A DNA stretch of 39,098 nucleotides from Octopus bimaculoides (lineage: Eukaryota). Positions 10,535-20,768 of this stretch are shown in pieces (position 1 is the stretch's first letter; each line of letters opens with the position of its first letter). Below the pieces are notes generated by a model. That model searched no databases and was not told the origin of the DNA. It was given only the letters and a program-made list of their open reading frames with translations. Location: NCBI RefSeq assembly GCF_001194135.2, contig NC_068984.1, positions 113,149,976-113,189,073 on the forward strand. Reading direction: 5' to 3'. Both the position numbers and the translations under genes were made by a program.

Positions 10535-11113
10535 GCATATACATATACATGTATCTGTAAGCATATCGTTATATCTATGTACATGTATACAAGCACTTAC
10601 ACATATATAAAACATTTATATAGATGCCTATACATTTATAAGTATGCACAAACTTTATGTATGTATGTATGTATGTGTGCCTACATATACATATACATGT
10701 GCGTACACATAGAAACACACCCATATGCAGGTGTACATCTATTTTATCTTAGATCTTTATGTATTTCTATATGTGTATATATGCATATCTACGTGCTTGT
10801 AGTCCTATCCGACCGGGGTTGTACAGGCGTATATGCGTACATTTACATCGCGGGTCGTGTCTATTGTAGCATGTCGGCCGCAACAGTCGGCTGGTTTGCT
10901 ATCTCTTGTCTGCTGACATAAACGTTCTATAAAACCTTTGACCTTAGTCCCTCGTAATATAGTTCCCTGCACCGATTTCCAAACTACAATATCGACATTT
11001 TCATTACAAAGAGATGAAAGTGTTTTTCAAATTCGCAGGTTTATACACGGGTATATATGTGTGCATGTGTATGTTTGTATATGCACATATGTTTGCATGA
11101 ATATATACATACA

Positions 11114-11157
<44 letters not shown>
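10092..11157. repeat. Mixed (GT)n/(GATA)n/(CATA)n/(CT)n/(AT)n low-complexity block with a short unique island at about 10800-11040
   Basis: Direct reading. Confidence 0.9.
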
Positions 11158-11927
11158 NNNNNNNNNNNNNNNNNNNNNNNNNNNNNNNNNNNNNNNNNNN
11201 NNNNNNNNNNNNNNNNNNNNNNNNNNNNNNNNNNNNNNNNNNNNNNNNNNNNNNNNNNNNNNNNNNNNNNNNNNNNNNNNNNNNNNNNNNNNNNNNNNNN
11301 NNNNNNNNNNNNNNNNNNNNNNNNNNNNNNNNNNNNNNNNNNNNNNNNNNNNNNNNNNNNNNNNNNNNNNNNNNNNNNNNNNNNNNNNNNNNNNNNNNNN
11401 NNNNNNNNNNNNNNNNNNNNNNNNNNNNNNNNNNNNNNNNNNNNNNNNNNNNNNNNNNNNNNAAGACAGAGAGAGGTGAAGAGAGAAAGAGAAAGAGACG
11501 GGACGATGTTGGTTGTACTTGCAATATTATCAAATATCATAAGGTGTTGTGTGAACCTTAAACTGACCTTAAACTCTTTTAGTGGTTAGATCTGAGCTTG
11601 AGAGATTTATTTTAACTAGGAAACCATTTGATGGTCACTGAAGACCATAACTACTTGCACTATTGATGTTATTTTTCTCTTCTTTCAATTATTGTTGTTG
11701 TTCATGTTGTAGTTGTTGCTGGTACTTTGGTTGTTATGATGTTACTGTAGGTGCCACTGCTGCTGTTGTTGCTGGTGGTGGTTTATAATGTTACTATTTT
11801 TGTTGTTCCTGTTGCTACTGGATATTTCCAGTAAATTTCCAGCTTGTACGAAATTTACGTCAGGAATGTGCTCGACTGAAGGAAGCTGTGTATCCATCTT
11901 GTCTTTAACGAATGGTTTGTTTGTCAG

Positions 11928-12014
11928 AAGTTTTAAACTCAAAATATGCCGTCCCCATTATAAAGACATCCGGGATTTTGCTAAGGCGAGGCAGAAATTT
12001 CGGCTCGGAGGGGA
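11928..12014 (+). CDS. Weak candidate coding exon (87 nt, phase 2-2): SFKLKICRPHYKDIRDFAKARQKFRLGG(E)
   Basis: Acceptor GTTTGTTTGTCAG; weak donor GA|GTCAGA; open frame; phase matches exon 12673-12737. Confidence 0.25.
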
Positions 12015-12277
12015 GTCAGATGAATATAAAAAAAATAGAGATTCATTTTAAAGAAGTTTAAGCTATTATTGGTTTTCCTTAACTTTTAATTATCCTAAAT
12101 CATTTAAAAGAATGACTCAATTATGAAAACATTCCATCAAATTGATTTCTGTTTTAAATTGAAACCTCGACCTTAATGTATATACCTAGTAAAGTTAAAA
12201 GAGAGATTAATGCTACTACAACACACTTTTGTGTCCTGTTTTCTAGAAATATGGCGTCTTGTATTTAGCTAAATGAT

Positions 12278-12444
12278 GAGTCGCAATCATTAGTGGATCG
12301 TAGAAGAGACAAAAAAATAGCGAATCGTAGAAGAGTCACATAAATTAGTCTCTGGCAGAAGAGTCGCATAAATTAGTGACTTGTAGAAGAGTCGCATGAA
12401 TTAGTGAATCGCAGAGGAGTCGCATAAATAAGTGAATCGTAGAA
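12278..12444. repeat. 28-bp minisatellite, about 6 diverged units (TTAGTGAATCGTAGAAGAGTCGCATAAA)
   Basis: GAAGAGTCGCAT and TTAGTGAATCG recur at about 28-bp spacing. Confidence 0.9.
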
Positions 12445-12564
12445 ATATCATTGAGTAATACTTTATGTGGAGCATACTGGATAAGTCAGCTTGAAAGAAC
12501 CCCATCCCCATGGCATGTGTTTGTTTTTGTTATTTGCTTTGTCGCATCGTTTACATTGTGGTTT

Positions 12565-12640
12565 CAAATCCCTCAGAAGTCCAAATCCCCTTTCATCCTT
12601 TCAGAGTCAATAAAATAAAGTACCTATCTAATACTAAAGT
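12565..12640 (+). mobile_element. SINE family A fragment
   Basis: CCTTTCATCCTTTCAGAGTCAATAAAATAAAGTACC. Confidence 0.65.
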
Positions 12641-12672
12641 ACCTATCAAATACAAAGTATATTTTCCCACAG

Positions 12673-12737
12673 AAATAACAAGCTGTCAGTTTTGCTCACA
12701 GAATACAAACCTCCAGCCTTTCGGCAGAGGTCTTCAG
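12673..12737 (+). CDS. Candidate coding exon (65 nt): NNKLSVLLTEYKPPAFRQRSS
   Basis: Strong acceptor TATATTTTCCCACAG, strong donor CAG|GTACGT, open frame with protein-like composition in unique sequence. No homologue recognised. Confidence 0.5.
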
Positions 12738-12989
12738 GTACGTTAAAGCTAAATTGAAATACGATATTTATTTAATTCAAGTATTTTCTAAAAAAAAAAA
12801 AAAAAAATTAGGAGCATGCCGATAAGTATGACGATAGGCGGAGAATTGGCAAAATTGTTAGATCTCCGAATAGGTTGTTTCGTGGTTTTCTTTGAATACA
12901 TTAAGGTTAACTTTGCTTTTTGCCCTTTTGGATCAAAAGACACAAGTCCAAAGCAGTAGATCGGTAGGACTTTAAGAATGTCAGATATC

Positions 12990-13125
12990 ATGTTTTGCGT
13001 TATCTGTTCCGGCTCCTTGTGTTCTCAGTTCAAATCCCGCCTTGACTTATTTGGGTAGTTGACTTAATCCATTGTTCAGTTTTTCCTTTTGTCCTTTCAG
13101 AGTCGATCAAAAGGTACCAATCCAA
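12990..13125 (+). mobile_element. Degenerate SINE family A copy
   Basis: GTTCTCAGTTCAAATCCCGCC...TCCTTTCAGAGTCGATCAAAAGGTACCA. Confidence 0.6.
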
Positions 13126-13578
13126 GACGGTAGATGCATAGGGTTTTAATAATATTTGATTCGATGTTTTGTAGTATTTGCTCTGGGTCTTTGTGTTCTC
13201 AGTTCAACTCCCACCATGAGCTATTTGGGTCATAAACTTAAACTGTCGCTCAGTTTGATACTATCACCTGACACCTTGGATACCTTTAGAGGTATTTACT
13301 CTGTTGCAGATCTGCGATGCTAGTTTCCTGTCTGAGGATGCCTTCTTCATTCTCTCCCATCAGCCTCGGGTGTTCTTTAACGAGTCATGAGCATTGTCTT
13401 CTTGACTAAAAGATAAAAGAAAACAGCTTCAATTGAAGCTTATCTTTTCTTGCTTCCTACATTAAGCTTATTCACTTTTGTGACACTAACACTTCGGTTT
13501 CTCAAGGAAAACAGAGGAAAGTCAACGTGTCTGCTTTTCTACCCTCTTTCGAATATAGTTCAATATAGCATAATGAAC

Positions 13579-13903
13579 TGGCATTCCATCGGTTACGACG
13601 GCCAGGGTTTCAGTTGATCGGATCAATGGAAGATACAGCTCGAGAAATTAACGTAAAAGTGGCTGAGCACTCCACAGACACGTGAACCCTTAATATAATT
13701 CTCAGGGAGATTGAGTGTGACACAGAATGTGACAAAGCTGGCCCTTTGAAATACAGGTATAATTCATTTTTGCCAGCTGAGTGGATTGAAGGAACGTGAA
13801 ATAAAATATCTTGCTCAAGGACACAACGCACCATTGGAAATCAAACTCATGACCATACGATCATGAGCCGACAACTCTAACTTACTAAGTCACGTACCTT
13901 CAC
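13579..13903 (-). mobile_element. SINE family D: tRNA head, CORE-like segment, tail shared with family C
   Basis: Reverse complement: tRNA-like head, GTGTCCTTGAGCAAGATATTTTATTTCACG...CAGCTGGCAAAAATGA, then the family C tail (GTGGAGTGCTCAGCCAC...TGATCCGATCAACTG). Confidence 0.88.
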
Positions 13904-14554
13904 GCAGCATACTAAAAACAGAGAAACCCGTTATCCTAAGGAAAACTGTAGAGTTATAACTCATTCGTAAGTCTTAAGATTGAAACTGAACTAAACTACA
14001 TCTTATTAAGGAAGCAAAAATTATTCTTTTTCAGGGTTTATTTATGACATAAGCGGAATCATAATATCCTAAATTGAGATTTAAATGTGACTTGTAGATT
14101 TGACTCATCAGATGCTTACTATTTCCTCTGTCACTTTTATCACCTACTTTAAAATGAATTTTTTTTATTTTGTATTTTTCTTTATACATTTTTTTTCTTT
14201 GCTAATGTTGTCAAAACACCATATTTTAAAGTAAGGGTGAATTAGAATTAGGGCGTTCATCTATTTTCGACAATTATTTTCGTTAGCATAGCTTGAGAGA
14301 AATGCTTTCTCCTTCGAAAAAAAAACTCACTTTGCAGCAGCCTCAGTCCATTCTGACCTCATAACCCCATCTACCATGTACAGCACCACACATGATATAG
14401 GTTTCTTATGAAGTTGGAAAGGTTTTGCGGGACAGGAAAACTAGCACTTGTGATATTCATGCATTTAACCCAATTTCTATGATACTTAATCAGTCACCTC
14501 AATATTGTATATAACTCTTTGCTTATCCAATGCATTTTCATGAGTTTGTCCTAG

Positions 14555-14581
14555 GCGTCCACGCTTGTCTTCAGACCTTAA
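14555..14581 (+). CDS. Candidate 27-nt micro-exon (phase 1-1): (G)VHACLQTL
   Basis: Acceptor TTTTCATGAGTTTGTCCTAG, donor GTAAGT matching consensus at +1 to +6, open frame in the phase left by exon 12673-12737. Confidence 0.38.
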   Translation, partial: ASTLVFRP

Positions 14582-14887
14582 GTAAGTCCTTGTTTCATCC
14601 GTTATGAGCAATATAAAACTTTCTTTTCATAAGACCTGAGTTACATTCTTGGTTTCAAAAATATGAAATGTGTATAACATATGATGCCTAGACGCCAGGA
14701 AAATATGTCTTGTGTAACATCTGATACATGTTTCAAGCAGAGGACTAAAATCACAAAAGAGAAACTTACTATTACTGTATCTAAAGTCAAAATAACTTCA
14801 ACTAAGAATCTATACAGTGTCAGGTTATAGAACACCAGAAGCTTACATATATTTCTAATCTTCTAACTTTTCTGTTGTGCTTGACAG

Positions 14888-14913
14888 AGTTAATACATAT
14901 GAAAGAAAATTGA
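14888..14913 (+). CDS. Candidate terminal coding exon: (x)LIHMKEN-stop
   Basis: Branch-point-like TTCTAAC, pyrimidine tract and GACAG acceptor; in phase 1 it reads to TGA at 14911-14913; AATAAA about 50 nt downstream. Confidence 0.42.
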
Positions 14914-14963
14914 AACAGCAAAATTCATTTCAAAACCAATGTCTTTTTCTGACAAGTGTGATA

Positions 14964-14973
14964 AATAAATAAA
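14964..14973 (+). promoter_or_regulatory. Candidate polyadenylation signal (two overlapping AATAAA)
   Basis: AATAAA at 14964-14969 and 14968-14973 after the candidate stop; the motif is common by chance in AT-rich DNA. Confidence 0.3.
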
Positions 14974-15219
14974 AAAGAATATATACAGATACATACAAGA
15001 TAAAATACTAGGTGTAGTTTGAAAAACTAATTTGTTACTTCATTTCAACTGATAAAATAACTAATTAATTTACTAAGAAGCTTAAAGTTAATCTAAAGAA
15101 ATGATATAATCCATATATATCTTTTGCTTTCTTCTTTCTCTCGCTCACAGTATGTCTGACACTATACATAGATACTTAATGTATACACGCATAAATACAT
15201 ACATGTATACATATATTAG

Positions 15220-15284
<65 letters not shown>

Positions 15285-15618
15285 NNNNNNNNNNNNNNNN
15301 NNNNNNNNNNNNNNNNNNNNNNNNNNNNNNNNNNNNNNNNNNNNNNNNNNNNNNNNNNNNNNNNNNNNNNNNNNNNNNNNNNNNNNNNNNNNNNNNNNNN
15401 NNNNNNNNNNNNNNNNNNNNNNNNNNNNNNNNNNNNNNNNNNNNNNNNNNNNNNNNNNNNNNNNNNNNNNNNNNNNNNNNNNNNNNNNNNNNNNNNNNNN
15501 NNNNNNNNNNNNNNNNNNNNNNNNNNNNNNNNNNNNNNNNNNNNNNTATATATATATATATATATTATTTACATTATTTTCATTGGACGCATGTGTGTCC
15601 TCATCTTGTTTGCTGTTA

Positions 15619-15662
15619 CCATAACGTTTCGGTTGATTTACTCTCCAGCCTTCATCAGATGT
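15619..15662 (-). ncRNA. Minimal type I hammerhead ribozyme in the PLE 3' region
   Basis: CAT-CTGATGA-A-GGCTG(GAGAGTAAAT)CAACC-GAAAC-GTT-ATG: conserved core with an extra A, loopless palindromic stem III (ACGT), GUU site, one mismatch in stem II. Confidence 0.75.
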
Positions 15663-15785
15663 CCTGGTAGAATTTTGTACTCAACCCTAGGTTCTCATTT
15701 CTGAGGTAGGTCATTCTTCTTCTTATAATTATCATCATCATCATTATTATTATTGTAGCAAACTCATATTATTATTATTGATTCA

Positions 15786-15858
15786 AGGCACTGTCTGGAA
15801 CTGAAGAGGGAATCTTGGGGTTAGTAGCCCACGCTCTTAACCATTACGCTATATGCCC
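15786..15858 (-). pseudogene. 73-nt tRNA-Arg(ACG)-like relic inside the PLE 3' region
   Basis: GGGCATATAGCGTAATGGTTAAGAGCGTGGGCTACTAACCCCAAGATTCC...TGCCT: acceptor GGGCA/TGCCT, A-box-like TAATGGTTAAG, anticodon arm GGG-CTACTAA-CCC, degenerate B box. Not a functional tRNA. Confidence 0.7.
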
Positions 15859-17914
15859 ATGGGCAATTATAGAGTGAATTTAGGGCTTATAAACCTAATA
15901 TTTTTGCATCCTTTATTAATACCGGTTGTCATATTCTACTCATATCTGCACTAGATCTGCTTATGAGGTTATTGTATTCTAGCATATGTGCTGCCTCTTT
16001 TAGTTTTCGTATTTTCCACTGTGTTCTCTGTTTGTTAATTTATTTTCATCCCACAGGGAAAGGTGGTCTCCGTTTTTCCATACATGATCCGCTATACCTG
16101 ATTTTTCAATATCTTATCGTGTCATAGCTTTTTGATGTTCCTCTACTCTTATTTTGAGTCGGCGGCATGTTTCGCCTTTGAATAACCTACCACAACTGCA
16201 TGGGATGGAGTACACGCGGTCTTTGGTCATATTCTCTTCTATCGGTGGTTTTACTCGAAGGAGATATTTGCGAAGTGTTGTATTACTCTTGAATACCGTC
16301 ATGGTGTCACACGGACCGCACATCTTTACTGTCTTTTCCGAGAAGCCTTTCACATAGAGTAGACAGACTGTTGTCAGTTAATGGGTTTCATCCTCTCTCC
16401 TCTTCCTAATTGGAGTGGGTAGTTTGCTTTTTGGGGTAGCTGTTGCTTAATAGATTGTTACTTAGTTTCATCATTTCTTCGTGGTGTGTATCAGGATCGC
16501 TATTTATATTCTTTGCTCAATATTTCGGACACTGAACAACCCCTCTCTTTACACTGTATAGATGGTAGGAAATGAAGTTAAGGTATCGTCCATTGAAGGT
16601 TGGTTTGAGGTATATGGATGTCCTGAACCCATGCTTAGTGCGTGTTATTTATACATCCAGGAATGCTAGCTGATTTTTCCTTTTCGATTGTGAATTGTAT
16701 GGATGGCTTTATTGAATTCACATGATGTAGCAGTACTTGGACATCTTCCTGGTCGGACAAGAGTATAAGGATGCCATCAACGTAACAACGCCATAGGGTT
16801 GGTTTAGTGGTGTTGATCCTAAAGCCAAATTCTCAAAGTATTCCATGTATATATTGGTTATTATTGGTGATAATGGCGAACCCATATCTAAACCCTCTTC
16901 ATGTCGATATATATCAGTATCTACTCTGAAGTAGGTAGTTTCTACACAGAAGGTCAACTTCCATAGTGCTTCATCAGTTGGGACTTTCGTGAACAGACTT
17001 ATCACATCTAGACTTACCATCTAGTTGAATCCAATGAGGGTACCCTTCATTAATTCTGTGAAGTGGGTGGAATTCTTCACATATGATGCAGAATTACCTG
17101 CTAACGGATTGATTATATCCACAAAGAAGCAGCTCAGTGGATGACATGCCGAACCTCTACCGCTCACTATGGGTCTTAATGGAATACCATCCTTGTAAAT
17201 TTTAGGGAGACCGTACATGTGTAGTAGTTTACTGTAGTGATGAATCAGTTGTCTGTACTTCATTAGTATGAAGTGGTCCTTGTTCTTGATTAAAATCTGT
17301 GACAACTTCCTCTCTGTTTTCAGAGTTGGGTTTTTCTTTACTTTGCTGTAGCTACCATCACTTATAAGACTTGCCAATTTTTCAGAATAGTCAGACTTGT
17401 TCATCACCACCGTAGCATTGCCCTTGTTCGCTGAACGAATTATGATGGAATTGTCACTCTGTCGTGTTTTGATAGCGAACTATTTTCCCTTCGTGATGTT
17501 TGGTTTGGGAAGTTTCGCTCTCTCTAATACCTAACTCACTTTCCAACTTAGTTCATCTCCCTGAGCTTTTGGTATCTTTATAGCTATCTCTTCAATTGGG
17601 CTATTATGTGCAAGTATGGAATGCGCTTAATAGTTGAGACATTTGTTTAGTACTGCTTCTTCAGAATTTTCCAGAAGTCGGCAACTTACGCTAATTACTG
17701 CTTTTACAGGGGGTGATGGCATTCGGTCTTCCTTCTCTAACCTTTGAGCTTCATAAACTTCTTAATCTGGTGTGTCTTCGCATTTTCAAATTCTTTCTTG
17801 TACGACATTTCTAGGTCTCGTCGGATTCTCTTTCTATCATCATCTCTGGTTATTCTCCCAAGCAATGAAGATAACCTTCTTTGATTTCGTTATTTAGTTG
17901 ATGTTTTTTTTTTC

Positions 17915-18187
17915 AAGATATGTGAAGACACGCCAGATCAAGAAGTTTGTGAAGCTCAAAGGATAGTATTCCATTAAGGTCCATAGTGAGCAGTAGAGGT
18001 TCGGAATGTCATCCACTGAGTCCCTTCCTTGTGGATATAGTCAGTCCATTAGCAGATATGTCAACATCATATATGAAGAATTCCACCCACTTCACAGAAT
18101 TGATCAAGGATACCCCCATTGGATCCAAACAGATGGTAAGTCTAGATGTGATAAGTCTGTTCACCAAAGTTCCAAATGATGAAGCAT
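17915..18187 (+). mobile_element. Inverted second fragment of the same PLE family (RT motifs)
   Basis: 17960-18187 is roughly 85-90% identical by eye to the reverse complement of 16968-17195; 17915-17950 matches the reverse complement of about 17742-17780. Confidence 0.9.
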
Positions 18188-18189
18188 TT

Positions 18190-19139
18190 TTCCTTTATTT
18201 AATGGTGATATAATTGTTTTTATATATAAATTTATACAAATTAATTTTTGTTAGTTTATATTTTACGTTTATAATTAAAATTTTAGTTAACCTAAAACTT
18301 CGTTTAAATTGTATTTTAAACGAAAGGTTCGTTAAGATAAGATTTGCATATAATATTTCTGTTAGTATATATTGTTTCTTAGTCTTATTCTTTTGAATCT
18401 ATAATTATTTAGATTTTAAAGTTCAGTTAAATGTTTACAATATAGTTAATTGTTTTATTATGATTTAAGTTATATAAAGTTTAATCTTTCATTCATAATA
18501 AAATTTTCATTCATGTTTTTATATCTATTTATTCTATTCTTTTTCTTTACGCAATATTTTCACGAAACTTCTTTCTCATGAACGTTTTAGTCTAAAATCA
18601 TTTAGTTTAAACTATAGCATCGTTTAGATAAGTATTACTTCTATTTTTATTAATTTAACCTAAAACTTCGTTTAAATTGTATTTTAAACGAAAGATTCGT
18701 TAATAATATTTTTCTATCTTAAGCATTTTATATACATCCATTTGTTATTTATTGCTGGTTGATATATACATTCTTTTATTATTATTATTATTGCAATTTG
18801 ACCTGAAGATTAGCTATATTTTTGAACAGAATTGGTTTTCGATAGTTTTAATCGTTTAAAATATTTTTTCTATTTGAAAATTTGGTTATAAAACACGTGT
18901 AGTCGTTTTATTATCATTATCTTATGATATTTACTTTGTATTTTATTATACTTATTTATTGTGCTTTTACTTATTAATTTTTTATATGTGACTGTGGATT
19001 TTCATCGATGAGTTCATGAACCTTGGTTTTTTTTCTCTAAAACTACATATTTATATTTTATATTGCGAAGCTTAATTTAATTTTAAATTTTTAATAAATT
19101 GAATTGAATTGAGTTTTTAGCTGTAAATTTGGATTTTTA
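18190..19139 (+). repeat. Very AT-rich segment with an internal 55-bp direct repeat; probable pLTR or 3' region of another PLE-like element
   Basis: 18285-18335 is repeated at 18655-18705, including the hairpin TTCGTTTAAA-TTGTAT-TTTAAACGAA; contains a hammerhead-like motif at 18799-18905. Confidence 0.5.
18799..18905 (+). ncRNA. Type I hammerhead-like motif with long stem II, G12 mutated to A
   Basis: TGAC-CTGAAGA-TTAGC...GGTTAT-AAAAC-ACGTG-TA-GTCG; palindromic stem III ACACGTGT, GUA site, stem I TGAC/GTCG. Confidence 0.55.
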
Positions 19140-19479
19140 NNNNNNNNNNTATATATATAATTTTTCTGTTGGCCAGTATTTATTAATGTAGACTCAGAGA
19201 CAATGTCAGACATTTATCTGCACACATTTATTTACATTTGTATAAATTCAAGTAACCAAGCTAGAAACAGATAAGAAAATCCGAATAAATATTCATAGTA
19301 AGATAGTCTTTTGAATCCTGATCTTCCCAAGTCATTCAGTTTAAAATTTCTTTATGGAAATGATATAGCACGAACACTAATTGAACCTCAGTCAGCCTAT
19401 GCTGTGTGACCAACTGATGTATCTGTAAGTATTCTTTTGTGGACAGTATAATACGAGAGAAACCAATTTTCTCCAAAAA

Positions 19480-19870
19480 TATACCATGGCCTTAAGTTGA
19501 CAATTGCTATTAGTACCCTTATATCTCTACATCCAGACCTTACTGAATCGTAAATCATAAGAAAATTTTCATATGAAACCAAAATAAATCTGCTCACCAT
19601 AACTGTCTATCAACCCACACCTTAAAGATAAAACAATTTTCTCTCGTACTCCTCTGTTTCAACTTCATACACAACCACTCCGCGGTTCACCGATATCACA
19701 CTGAATTATCATACACATAGGTACATGCCACGAAAAATAAAACACCTTGACCAAGATTATATGAGGCCAGATACAACTCCAGTAAAGCACAGTCTGATGA
19801 AGGCAAGCAAGCAAAAACTTCGAAGTTACTGTTAGTATTTTCTTTGTAAAGTTTAATAAATATGTACTCA
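19480..19870 (+). mobile_element. Highly degenerate PLE 3' end (GIY-YIG tail plus hammerhead relic at 19789-19832)
   Basis: YISTSRPY...NHKK and NKSAHHNCLSTHTL resemble GIY-YIG tails; ACAGT-CTGATGA-AGG...CTTCGAA-GTT-ACTGT has a perfect stem I. Confidence 0.5.
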
Positions 19871-19946
19871 ACGAAAAAGTATTGAGTAATCCTTCACTTC
19901 AATGTTGACTTGTTTTTATGTATAACTTCACATCAAACAAACATTA

Positions 19947-20114
<168 letters not shown>

Positions 20115-20538
20115 ATACGTTTGTGTATGTGTATTCATATATTCATTTATTGCAACTTTATTAATGTTTCGTTGTTTGCTCTCAAATAATTAGCCACGTG
20201 GGTGTTAATTAATTTTAGTTAATTATCACTCGAGATGGCGAGAAAAAAATTAAGTCTGATAGTAAAATATTTGAACAAAGAACCTCAAAGACGCTATTTT
20301 GAAACATTTCGTTTGACGTCTACCGCATAGTGTCTCTTAGTATCACCATACCACATTACACGATCCGATGGGAGAAATCTATATGGTCGTCCGTTCAGCT
20401 AGAAATAACAACCACATTTTCTTATACCTAATACTTGATCAGAATAGTACACGGTCAAACAGCATCATAAATCAAGAACAATTTGTAATCCTCCTCCTCC
20501 TCATCATCATCATCATCATTACCATCATCATCATCATT

Positions 20539-20712
20539 AAGGCGGTGAGCTGCCAGAATCGTTAGCACACCAGTCGAAATGCTTGGCGGCATTTCGTCCG
20601 TCTCCACTCTACCGGGTTCGATAAAATAAGTACCAGTTTCACACTGGAGTCGATGTAATCGACAAACTCCTCCTCACACCACATTTCAAGCCTTGTGCCA
20701 AGAGTTGAAAGG
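20539..20712 (+). mobile_element. SINE family A copy with internal deletion and (ATT)n tail
   Basis: AAGGCGGTGAGCTGCCAGAATCGTTAGCAC head joined to GATAAAATAAGTACCAG; (ATT)n at 20713-20768. Confidence 0.88.

Positions 20713-20768
<56 letters not shown>

Larger units (their letters stand above)
15563..17900 (-). mobile_element. Penelope-like retroelement (RT plus C-terminal GIY-YIG plus 3' pLTR-like region), pseudogene
   Basis: NKGNATVVMNKSDY, YGLPKIYKDGIPLRPIVS, MVSLDVISLFTKVP, EGLDMGSPLSP, RYVDG (YVDD-type), GIY-YIG VYSIPCSCGRLFKGET...EEHQK...SGIADH; stops, frameshifts and a deletion after DEAL. Confidence 0.93.

Noticed and set aside
11742-11942. Minus-strand N/Q-rich ORF MDTQLPSVEHIPDVNF... 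with good Kozak context; overlapping plus ORF 11788-12051 with a signal-peptide-like start
   Set aside because: The low-complexity text continues past in-frame stops and derives from GTT/GCT repeats; the hydrophobic start of the plus ORF has the same origin. There is no strong donor. Only 11928-12014 is kept as a weak exon candidate.
12278-12444. CRISPR-like repeat array
   Set aside because: Units are contiguous with no unique spacers, the context is eukaryotic, and there are no cas genes.
14100-14116. CTGATGAGTC on the minus strand as a hammerhead half-core (also CTGATGACGGG at about 37267-37277)
   Set aside because: No complementary stem II or downstream GAAA at a suitable distance.
14331-14450. 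Minus-strand segment KPISCVVLYMVDGVMRSEWTEAAAK ending at a GTGAGT donor
   Set aside because: No convincing acceptor or pyrimidine tract, several in-frame stops upstream, no recognised homologue, and it conflicts with the better-supported plus-strand exon chain. Cannot be fully excluded.
15786-15858. Functional tRNA gene
   Set aside because: The T arm and B box are degenerate and the anticodon stem has only 3 pairs; it is annotated as a relic instead. No functional tRNA or rRNA gene was found in the window.
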